IMG/VR virus record: IMGVR_UViG_2881147464_000001
Location: 73,453-108,657 of that record
From: a virus
Reading direction: 5' to 3' (one strand)
Length of the DNA stretch: 35,205 nt
Part shown: positions 26,076 to 32,669 of the stretch, piece after piece
How the letters are laid out: the number at the start of each line of letters is the position of its first letter
How positions within the stretch are numbered: the first letter of the stretch is position 1
Notes under the pieces: model-generated
What the model was told of the DNA's origin: nothing
What the model saw: the letters and a program-made list of their open reading frames with translations, nothing else
The model's database searches: none
Translations under genes and position numbers: made by a program

Positions 26076-27409
26076 CGGGCCTTCTGAATTCCTTTATCTC
26101 GTTTGGCGGCGGCGGGGGTGGCGGCGGACCGACGCCGCCGGCCGGTGCCGTAGCCTACGCGAGTTTCGTCGATAATTTCTTCTATTCGCGCGGTGCGGAG
26201 GTCGCAGCGGCCGACATCATGAGCGGGATCAATCTCGCCGATGTCAACGAGGACGGTCTAAAGCTCGGCACAGGCAACTGGCCGAAGATGATCGGCGACA
26301 TGTTCACCGATTTCACCGGGCTCTTGGCGGTTGGTGGTGTCACTGTCGAAGTCGAATTCACGATCGACAGCAAGTCCGATATCGGCGCCGGCACCGTCTA
26401 TTCCACCGGTCCGGTGATGCAGATCATGGACGGCACCAACGCCAACACGACGGTCAACGCCATCTACGCCGACATCTATGACGGCTATCACCTCTATGTC
26501 GGGGACAGCAACGATCTCACAGAGGTCGGGGGCACTGTCAATACTACTGTATCGGCAGGTATTGAGCGCCGGGCCTTTACACTCTTCGAGGATATCGGCG
26601 GCGGCTCCTGGCGGACGGCGTCCACGACGAACGGCGGGCCAGCGCAAAGCACGACAACCACCCATAGCGGCGGATACTTCACTGTCGTCGAGATCGACAT
26701 CTTCACCGTCGAGGACTGGTCATACTATCTCCAGAACGCTCGAGTCCGCTCGATCGCGATTTTCCCGGCCAAGACGACGGCCCAAATCGATGCGGATACC
26801 GACATCGGTGATTGGCCGTCATGGGCCGGCTTCACTACCAACAGTTCAGGTGCCGATGCCACGTCGCACCCGGTAAGTCCGCCTGCTGCCAATGTCGGCG
26901 ACATGATCGTGGTACTTGCCGCATTCGACGGCACGCCGACGATCGGCATTTCGGCGGGGACAGGCTGGACGATCGGCGACCAACAGATCTCGAATGGCGC
27001 ATGCGTCGGCGTCTGGCTCTGGAAGATTGCCACCGGCTCGGACAGCCTGACGCTCTCGAGTTCGTCATCGGAAAAGATGTCCTATGTGACGATGTCCTAT
27101 CCGCATGCGACATCGATCGAGGGCGGTTACGTCATCGGCAACGGTGCCAATGCGCAGTCGCCTGGGTTCTCGCCCGGTGGCGGCGATGGAAAATATGCTT
27201 TCCTGAGTGTCGTCTGCACAGACGGTTCGGCTGGCTCACCGAGCTCCGGACCCGCAAACACCAATCGCTTTATCCGCCAAGTCGGATCGGCCGACGGGGC
27301 GAGCGTCTACCTCGCGGATAAGTGGCTCGACGGCACATCGTTCGCGCCTGACGCTTGGACGACGACCGCTCAGGAATGGGTGGGCTTCACGCTCGCGCTG
27401 AAGGTCTAA
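26072..27409 (+). CDS. Putative fibre/receptor-binding protein with two beta-rich domains
   Basis: Short hydrophobic N-terminus, Gly8 linker, then Thr/Gly/Ser/Trp-rich beta domains. GTGA coupling. Confidence 0.6.
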   Translation: MTGLLNSFISFGGGGGGGGPTPPAGAVAYASFVDNFFYSRGAEVAAADIMSGINLADVNEDGLKLGTGNWPKMIGDMFTDFTGLLAVGGVTVEVEFTIDSKSDIGAGTVYSTGPVMQIMDGTNANTTVNAIYADIYDGYHLYVGDSNDLTEVGGTVNTTVSAGIERRAFTLFEDIGGGSWRTASTTNGGPAQSTTTTHSGGYFTVVEIDIFTVEDWSYYLQNARVRSIAIFPAKTTAQIDADTDIGDWPSWAGFTTNSSGADATSHPVSPPAANVGDMIVVLAAFDGTPTIGISAGTGWTIGDQQISNGACVGVWLWKIATGSDSLTLSSSSSEKMSYVTMSYPHATSIEGGYVIGNGANAQSPGFSPGGGDGKYAFLSVVCTDGSAGSPSSGPANTNRFIRQVGSADGASVYLADKWLDGTSFAPDAWTTTAQEWVGFTLALKV

Positions 27410-27450
27410 GCGACCAGCAACTCATAGCCTATTTTCGCGGAGCAACCGCC

Positions 27451-27594
27451 ATGCCAACGCTCGAACTGCGCCTTGATCTGAATTCGTCGGTGACGCTTTC
27501 GGCTTCGACTCTGGATTCTGAACCGCCGCCTGGAACCCTTGATTTTTCACAAGAAGAGAACAGCGCGCTGCTGATCCTTTTGGAGGACGACTGA
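27451..27594 (+). CDS. Small acidic protein (47 aa), possible spike/fibre linker
   Basis: GGAG RBS; sequence MPTLELRLDLNS...GTLDFSQEENSALLILLEDD. Confidence 0.6.
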   Translation: MPTLELRLDLNSSVTLSASTLDSEPPPGTLDFSQEENSALLILLEDD

Positions 27595-27595
27595 T

Positions 27596-28414
27596 ATGAC
27601 CATCGACGTCAAGGACGCCAACGGCAACGTTGTTCCTATCCAGACTCCATTGGCACCCGGTCGCGCCGCGGCCGCGGACTCTAAACCGGTCGTGCTATCG
27701 ACTGAGGATGCTGCTGCTCTCGCGCTATTGCATACCGATCTTGCAACCACGCTGGCCGGTTTGGTCGATGGTCTTGAGGGGATACTCGGCACGACCTCCG
27801 GCGCTGCCGTCATCACCGATGCCAACGGCACCCTGCAGCAGTATCTGCGCGGTCTGATCAAGCAGTGGATCGCTGGCACGCTGGTCGTCGGCTCCGGCAC
27901 CAATCTGATCGGCAAGGTCAAGACGAAGTTCATCGAGGCCGCTGCGGCGACAATGACGCGGCCGAATGACACCAACGCCTATGCCGCCAATGACGCGATC
28001 GCCAACAGCACGACGGCGGGGTCGGTGACACCGTTCTCCTTCAGCATGTCAGACGTCAATGACGATCTAGTCACCATCGAACGGTTGCGGCTGATCACGA
28101 CCGATACCGGCGTCGCCGGCAAGGCGCTGCGCATGTGGCTGTTCCGAGCCTCGCCGACGGTGGGGGCAGGCGACAATGCCGCGTTCTCCAATCCGCGCGC
28201 AACCTTCATCGGGTCGCTTTCCGGGACGATGCGCACCTTCAGTGATGGTAGTGGCGGCATTTTCGTTCCTGATGAGGGCTCGCGTATCATCACGTTGCCG
28301 ACCTCCGGCGCCAAGACCGTGTTTGGCCTGCTGCAGACGCTCGAGGCTATCGCCTCGCCGCTTGCGCAGTCCACATGGATTGCCACACTTGAAGGCTTCC
28401 AGGGCTCCGCCTGA
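27596..28414 (+). CDS. Putative fibre/spike protein
   Basis: GGAGG RBS, GRAAAADSKPVVLSTED fibre-type motif, LGSGTNLIGKV-like segment and a TRPNDTNAYAANDAI domain. Confidence 0.6.
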   Translation: MTIDVKDANGNVVPIQTPLAPGRAAAADSKPVVLSTEDAAALALLHTDLATTLAGLVDGLEGILGTTSGAAVITDANGTLQQYLRGLIKQWIAGTLVVGSGTNLIGKVKTKFIEAAAATMTRPNDTNAYAANDAIANSTTAGSVTPFSFSMSDVNDDLVTIERLRLITTDTGVAGKALRMWLFRASPTVGAGDNAAFSNPRATFIGSLSGTMRTFSDGSGGIFVPDEGSRIITLPTSGAKTVFGLLQTLEAIASPLAQSTWIATLEGFQGSA

Positions 28415-28602
28415 TGATCAAATTCGACCCGTTCGAGGGCGTGGTCTTTCTGATCGGCGAACAGGATGAGCCTTCCACCGCCTGCGCAGTGATCCCCGTC
28501 CATGCTGCGCCTCAATTTCTCTTTGATGGTAGCGGTGACCTCCTATCAACGACATCAATGTATCGCGCTGGCGACTGGAGGTTTGAATGCTTCCTCACAT
28601 GA
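28414..28602 (+). CDS. 62-aa ORF resembling a shrunken LamG-domain N-terminus (relic or mini-protein)
   Basis: TGATG coupling; shares LFDGSGDxLS with the LamG domain of the next gene. Confidence 0.45.
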   Translation: MIKFDPFEGVVFLIGEQDEPSTACAVIPVHAAPQFLFDGSGDLLSTTSMYRAGDWRFECFLT

Positions 28603-29948
28603 TTGGCCGGCGCGGTCCCGGTCGCGCTGTTATCGTCGGCGATACTGGAGGATCGGGTGGCGTCAGTGATGGCGGCTTCGTCGATCAGCCGGTCGTCACC
28701 ACGACATCGAGCGGCGACACCACGATCAAGGGCAAGGTCAAGTCAGGCTCGTTTGGTAAATTCGTTGTCCCGTTGGCGACCGTCGCCGCAGGGCGACAAT
28801 ATACTTTCCGCTATACGCCAAACTTCTCTCAACTCGCCCAGCAGGGCAAGCTGGCTATGGTCGGCTTCGGCTTCAAGAACAGTAACGATTTCCATATCTT
28901 TGGTCTCCGCGGTGACGGCTCGACTGGGCTGAACAAATACCAAGTCTATGGCACTCCGCCGAGCGGATGGAACGCCCAGACAGGGCACACTGTCAACGAT
29001 GGCGGGGCGGCCGCCTCTGGCACGCAGGCCGGGCCAAACTATATCCGGTTGATTACCTCTGATGACGGCACGACATGCACTCTCAAATCCAGCGTCGACG
29101 GATCGACATGGAACACCGAGTTTTCCGACGCATCATTGTCGCCATTCTCCAATGTCTCCGGCGTCACCACCTTCGGCGTCGCGCTATGGTTCAACAATGC
29201 CGATGCCGGACCATTCTCGATCACCATTGACCAGTTCGCGGATGCGCTGGCACCTGATCAATACTTTTCCAGCGTTAAACTGCTGCTCGGCTTTGAGGGC
29301 ACCGACGGTGCTACCACCACTACCGACGAGAGCCCGGTCGGCCGCTCGGTCACATTCAACGGCAACGCTCAGATCGATACAGCGCAAGCCAAATTCGGCT
29401 CTTCGTCCTGTCTTTTTGATGGAAGTGGCGATTATCTGTCGATGGCGGACAGCGCGGATTGGGATCTTTCAGACGCCAATTCTGACCAGTTCACGATCGA
29501 GTTCTGGATCAGGCCGCATGCCAATGTTTCGAATCAGCGGGTCATGGGGCAGGCTCCAGCCTCCGGCAATATCGGCTGGTATATAAACTCGACGTTTACT
29601 GCCGCTCCGACTTCGGTCATATCTTTCAACTATACATCCAACGGAACAGCTGTCACCGGCGTTGGTGTCGGCAGCGTTGCGATGGCTCTCGACACATGGC
29701 ACTTCATCGCCATAACGAAAAATGCTTCGGGGAAAATTCGCCTATGGGTGAATGGAACGCTCGACGACAGTAAAACACCCGCGGACAGCTCCATCTTCAA
29801 TTCGACAGGGGCTTTTGAAATTGGCCGATCATTCGCAACAGCCAATTTCAATGGCTGGCTTGATGAGGTACGCATCACCAAGGGCGTCTGCCGCTATGAC
29901 ACCGATGGATCAATATCGGTGCCGACTAAAGCGTTTCCCAGGTCGTAA
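28587..29948 (+). CDS. Fibre/receptor-binding protein with C-terminal LamG (concanavalin A-like) domain
   Basis: DQYFSSVKLLLGFEG, AKFGSSSCLFDGSGDYL, FTIEFWI, TWHFIAITK, IRLWVNG and FNGWLDEVRITKGVCRY. GGAGG RBS. Confidence 0.88.
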   Translation: MLPHMIGRRGPGRAVIVGDTGGSGGVSDGGFVDQPVVTTTSSGDTTIKGKVKSGSFGKFVVPLATVAAGRQYTFRYTPNFSQLAQQGKLAMVGFGFKNSNDFHIFGLRGDGSTGLNKYQVYGTPPSGWNAQTGHTVNDGGAAASGTQAGPNYIRLITSDDGTTCTLKSSVDGSTWNTEFSDASLSPFSNVSGVTTFGVALWFNNADAGPFSITIDQFADALAPDQYFSSVKLLLGFEGTDGATTTTDESPVGRSVTFNGNAQIDTAQAKFGSSSCLFDGSGDYLSMADSADWDLSDANSDQFTIEFWIRPHANVSNQRVMGQAPASGNIGWYINSTFTAAPTSVISFNYTSNGTAVTGVGVGSVAMALDTWHFIAITKNASGKIRLWVNGTLDDSKTPADSSIFNSTGAFEIGRSFATANFNGWLDEVRITKGVCRYDTDGSISVPTKAFPRS

Positions 29949-29986
29949 AAAGGAGCCGGCGTGAAAAGACGCCGGCTCCTTCCTTT
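29947..29986. terminator. Bidirectional intrinsic terminator between the convergent fibre and pilin genes
   Basis: Perfect 13-bp stem AAGGAGCCGGCGT-gaaaag-ACGCCGGCTCCTT (29950-29981), with an A-run on the left and a pyrimidine run on the right. Confidence 0.88.
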
Positions 29987-30081
29987 CCCTGGGCAGGCAT
30001 ACCGGGAAGCTCACCGATAAGCGTTGCTTCGGGCCATGCGCACCGTTCGGGTTCAATCGACGGCGGCGCGCTTGTCTGTAC

Positions 30082-30318
30082 TTAGCTGCCTGCGCCAGTG
30101 GTGGCGTCGCAGGTTCCGGATCCGCCGGCGGCAGTCACGCCGTTGCCATCAAGAATACCGCACAGGCCGGTGAAGCGCCCGCTCACCCAGAGGCCGATGG
30201 CGACGATCGCCAGGATTGCGGCGCCTGCAATGATGCCGACCAGGATGGAATATTCGACCATGGCAGCGCCGGACTCTTCGTCACGGAATGCCTTGGCCAT
30301 GCTGAGAAGCTTCGTCAT
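30082..30318 (-). CDS. flp: Flp/Tad type IV pilin (78-aa prepilin)
   Basis: Leader MTKLLSMAKAFRDEESG, then mature AAMVEY with E+5/Y+6, a hydrophobic helix and two C-terminal Cys. AGGGG RBS upstream of ATG 30318. Confidence 0.95.
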   Translation of the reverse strand: MTKLLSMAKAFRDEESGAAMVEYSILVGIIAGAAILAIVAIGLWVSGRFTGLCGILDGNGVTAAGGSGTCDATTGAGS

Positions 30319-30423
30319 GTGAATTTCCCCTGTTACCCAATACCCGGACAGAGGTGCTTTCAAGCTCATCCCCCGGTCCCAGAGCGATCCTGCTCCCGAC
30401 AGAGCATTGGCGTCAAAGGAAAA

Positions 30424-30439
30424 TTAGCAATTTGTTAAC
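30424..30439. promoter_or_regulatory. CtrA-like binding site upstream of the pilin gene
   Basis: TTAG-CAATTTG-TTAAC, one mismatch to TTAA-N7-TTAA, in an AT-rich intergenic region about 105 nt upstream of the pilin start. Additional half-site GGTTAAC at 30505-30511. Confidence 0.7.
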
Positions 30440-30598
30440 CGCGATATAGCGCTTATCGACATTTGCGCGGTTGTAAGTTGCTGATCACTAAAGCGAAATC
30501 GGCCGGTTAACTATCCGGCGAACATCCATAAGCCCTTCGGGCGATGGGTTCATCCGAAATATATCCCGTTATTCCTTCGACATATCGGAGCATGCGTC

Positions 30599-30844
30599 AT
30601 GCGCCTCATCGACGACTGGTGGGCGGTGCTCAAGCACGCTTGGACCATCCGGCTCGCCATCCTCATTGCGTTGCTCAACGGCGTTTCCGCAGTGGTCTAC
30701 TTCATCACGGCGTCGCTGCCGGTTCCGCCGATCTGGCTGATCATCCTCAATGGCGCGCTGACGACCGCGATTCCGCTGCTCCGCCTCATTCCCCAGAAGA
30801 AACTTCGCCGAAACAACTCAGGAGACCCGGATGCCGATCGGTAA
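30599..30844 (+). CDS. Holin-like membrane protein (2 TM, basic C-terminus)
   Basis: MRLIDDWWAVLKHAWTIRL start, two hydrophobic segments, overlaps the endolysin start. GGAG RBS. Confidence 0.7.
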   Translation: MRLIDDWWAVLKHAWTIRLAILIALLNGVSAVVYFITASLPVPPIWLIILNGALTTAIPLLRLIPQKKLRRNNSGDPDADR

Positions 30845-31472
30845 GATTGCCAAGACGTCCCGCGGCAAAGCGGCCGTTGCTGGCGCCATCCTTTTCGCGG
30901 CCAGCAGTGGCTGGACGGCATACATCGCAAGTCAGCCCGATCCTCAGGTCGTCGCAATTCATGAAGCGGTCGCCAAGGGCTATACGCCGCCGGCGGTGCG
31001 GCTGGCAGTCGACAAGCTGATCAAGCCTTGGGAAGGTCTTCGGCTGGTCGCCTACCAAGACAGCGTCAAGGTGTGGACGATCTGCTGGGGCGAAACCAAG
31101 GGCGTGAAGCCAGGCATGCGCAAGACGCTTGAGGGGTGCGACGCCATGCTCATCAATCGCGTCACCCATGACTTCTACCTGCCACTCGTCGACGGCGTGA
31201 AGGACTACTGGCAGGCACCGATCTCGGTACAGTCCTCGATGATCTCCGGTGCCTATAATTTCGGGGTGGGTTCGAAGAAGCCGCGGCGCGGCCAGCTTGG
31301 TTCGCGAACCGCGGAGTTCGTGGCGAAGCATCAATACCGCGAGGCGTGCGAAGCCCAGACAGCATGGAACAAGGCGGGCGGCGACGTGCTGCCAGGCTTG
31401 GTGAAACGCCGCGAGATGGGCGACGCGCAGCGTCTCGGCGAGGCTGAGCTTTGCGTCTCGGGACTGAACTGA
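30831..31472 (+). CDS. Endolysin, GH24 lysozyme with N-terminal SAR-like anchor
   Basis: E-8x-D-5x-T triad (WEGLRLVAYQDSVKVWTICWGET), AYNFG, WNKAGG.VLPGLVKRR and an Ala/Gly-rich N-terminal TM after basic residues. Confidence 0.95.
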   Translation: MPIGKIAKTSRGKAAVAGAILFAASSGWTAYIASQPDPQVVAIHEAVAKGYTPPAVRLAVDKLIKPWEGLRLVAYQDSVKVWTICWGETKGVKPGMRKTLEGCDAMLINRVTHDFYLPLVDGVKDYWQAPISVQSSMISGAYNFGVGSKKPRRGQLGSRTAEFVAKHQYREACEAQTAWNKAGGDVLPGLVKRREMGDAQRLGEAELCVSGLN

Positions 31473-31570
31473 TGGCCATCTGGTTCGCTCTGCTCATGGT
31501 TGGTGGCGTCATCGGCCTTTTGATCACCATCAAAGTTATCTCCGGGTATGTGCGAGGGATGCGGCCATGA
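31472..31570 (+). CDS. 32-aa single-TM micropeptide, not in the ORF track
   Basis: MAIWFALLMVGGVIGLLITIKVISGYVRGMRP; TGATG coupling at the start and ATGA at the end. Confidence 0.65.
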   Translation: MAIWFALLMVGGVIGLLITIKVISGYVRGMRP

Positions 31571-31986
31571 CTGTGGTTCTTGCGATCTGGAGAGTCATCC
31601 GTCCGATCCTCACCTTTGGCATCACGCTGCCGGTCTGGGTCTTCCTGATCGCCGGCGGCTGGATCTGGTGGGACCGTACATCTGCGGTCCGTATTGCGGT
31701 GAATAGGGCGGTCACCGAACTCGTTGCCGGCGCGGAACTGGATGCGTTGAACGCGCAACTGGTTGAGGAGCGCCGGTTGCGCGCCTGGAGCGATAGTAAG
31801 GCCGATGAACAGCGCAAGATCGCAGACGAAGAGCGCTCGGCGCGCGTAGAACTGGAGACGCGCCTGACCCTCACCGATGCCCAAAAGAAGGAAATGTCGG
31901 ATGAACTCGCCGAGATTGAAAGCCGTCCTCCTCCTGCTGACTGCCGTGTTGATCAGCATTTCCTTGACGGGCTGCGCAACAAATAA
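31567..31986 (+). CDS. Inner-membrane spanin (Rz-like)
   Basis: N-terminal TM, long coiled coil and C-terminal Cys (DCRVD); follows the endolysin. Confidence 0.8.
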   Translation: MTVVLAIWRVIRPILTFGITLPVWVFLIAGGWIWWDRTSAVRIAVNRAVTELVAGAELDALNAQLVEERRLRAWSDSKADEQRKIADEERSARVELETRLTLTDAQKKEMSDELAEIESRPPPADCRVDQHFLDGLRNK

Positions 31987-32260
31987 GTGGCTGCTCGGCC
32001 AAGCCTACAGCGACAAGGCGAAAGCCGACGCCGCAAAGGAAGCGCTCGCGGCCGCTGAGAAGGTGGTGCAGGACGCGCGCCGGATGCCTCCCTATCCACC
32101 CCAGTGCGAGCGGCAATGGCATAGCGGCGTGACCATGGGCGATCGCTTCGACACTGCCACGAAGAAAACTGACAACGCCCTCGGCGGTGCCAATGGTCAG
32201 ATTGCCTGGTGTGCCGCCTGGTATCACCGCAACGAACGGGCTCGAGAGCCAAAGAAGTAA
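31901..32260 (+). CDS. Outer-membrane spanin lipoprotein (Rz1-like), overlapped
   Basis: Signal peptide with lipobox LTGC, Pro-rich MPPYPPQC and a CAAWY motif. Starts inside the i-spanin gene in the +1 frame. Confidence 0.85.
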   Translation: MNSPRLKAVLLLLTAVLISISLTGCATNKWLLGQAYSDKAKADAAKEALAAAEKVVQDARRMPPYPPQCERQWHSGVTMGDRFDTATKKTDNALGGANGQIAWCAAWYHRNERAREPKK

Positions 32261-32286
32261 GTTCCATCATTTCGGGGGCCGCCACC

Positions 32287-32640
32287 ATGACACTTCACGA
32301 TGTCTTCGTTGCTTTGGGTATTGACCCGTCCGTCCTTGCCGCTGGCACCGCTGGCGGCCTTCTGCGCGCCCTTTCGCGCAAGAAGTTCAAGCTGCGCGAG
32401 ATGTTCGTGTCACCGATCTGCGGCTGTCTTGCAGCCGCCTATCTGACGGCACCGACGGTGCACATCGTGCGTGTCTACGATTGGCCGCCGCTGCCAGCCG
32501 AACCAGACCAGACAGCCACCTACGCCATCGCATTCCTGATTGGAGCGATGGCCATGTGGATCTCCGATATCGCCGCCGACGCCATCGCGCGCCGGGTATG
32601 GCCGCCAAAGAGAGATCCGGGCGAAGACGAGGACTACTGA
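32287..32640 (+). CDS. Second holin-like membrane protein (about 3 TM)
   Basis: LAAGTAGGLLRAL, ICGCLAAAYLTAP and AIAFLIGAMAM hydrophobic segments; charged C-terminus. Confidence 0.6.
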   Translation: MTLHDVFVALGIDPSVLAAGTAGGLLRALSRKKFKLREMFVSPICGCLAAAYLTAPTVHIVRVYDWPPLPAEPDQTATYAIAFLIGAMAMWISDIAADAIARRVWPPKRDPGEDEDY

Positions 32641-32669
32641 ATCTAGAATTCATCGCAGGAGAAATCCAT

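Noticed and set aside
26104-26127. GGC-rich run as a tandem or phase-variable repeat
   Set aside because: It is an imperfect in-frame run encoding a Gly8 linker, with mixed codons.
28414-29510. Diversity-generating retroelement template/variable repeat pair
   Set aside because: The similarity is short and protein-level, the mismatches are not adenine-specific, and no reverse transcriptase is in the window.
30319-30369. 17-aa N-terminal extension of the pilin in the ORF track, and the antisense ORF 30098-30322
   Set aside because: ATG 30318 has the RBS and gives a normal Flp leader; the + strand ORF is its shadow.
32481-32669. N-terminal extension of the phosphoesterase (522-aa ORF), and similar over-extended starts at 278, 673, 1608, 3384, 7911 and 11692
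   Set aside because: They overlap upstream genes; downstream starts with an RBS or stop/start coupling are better supported.
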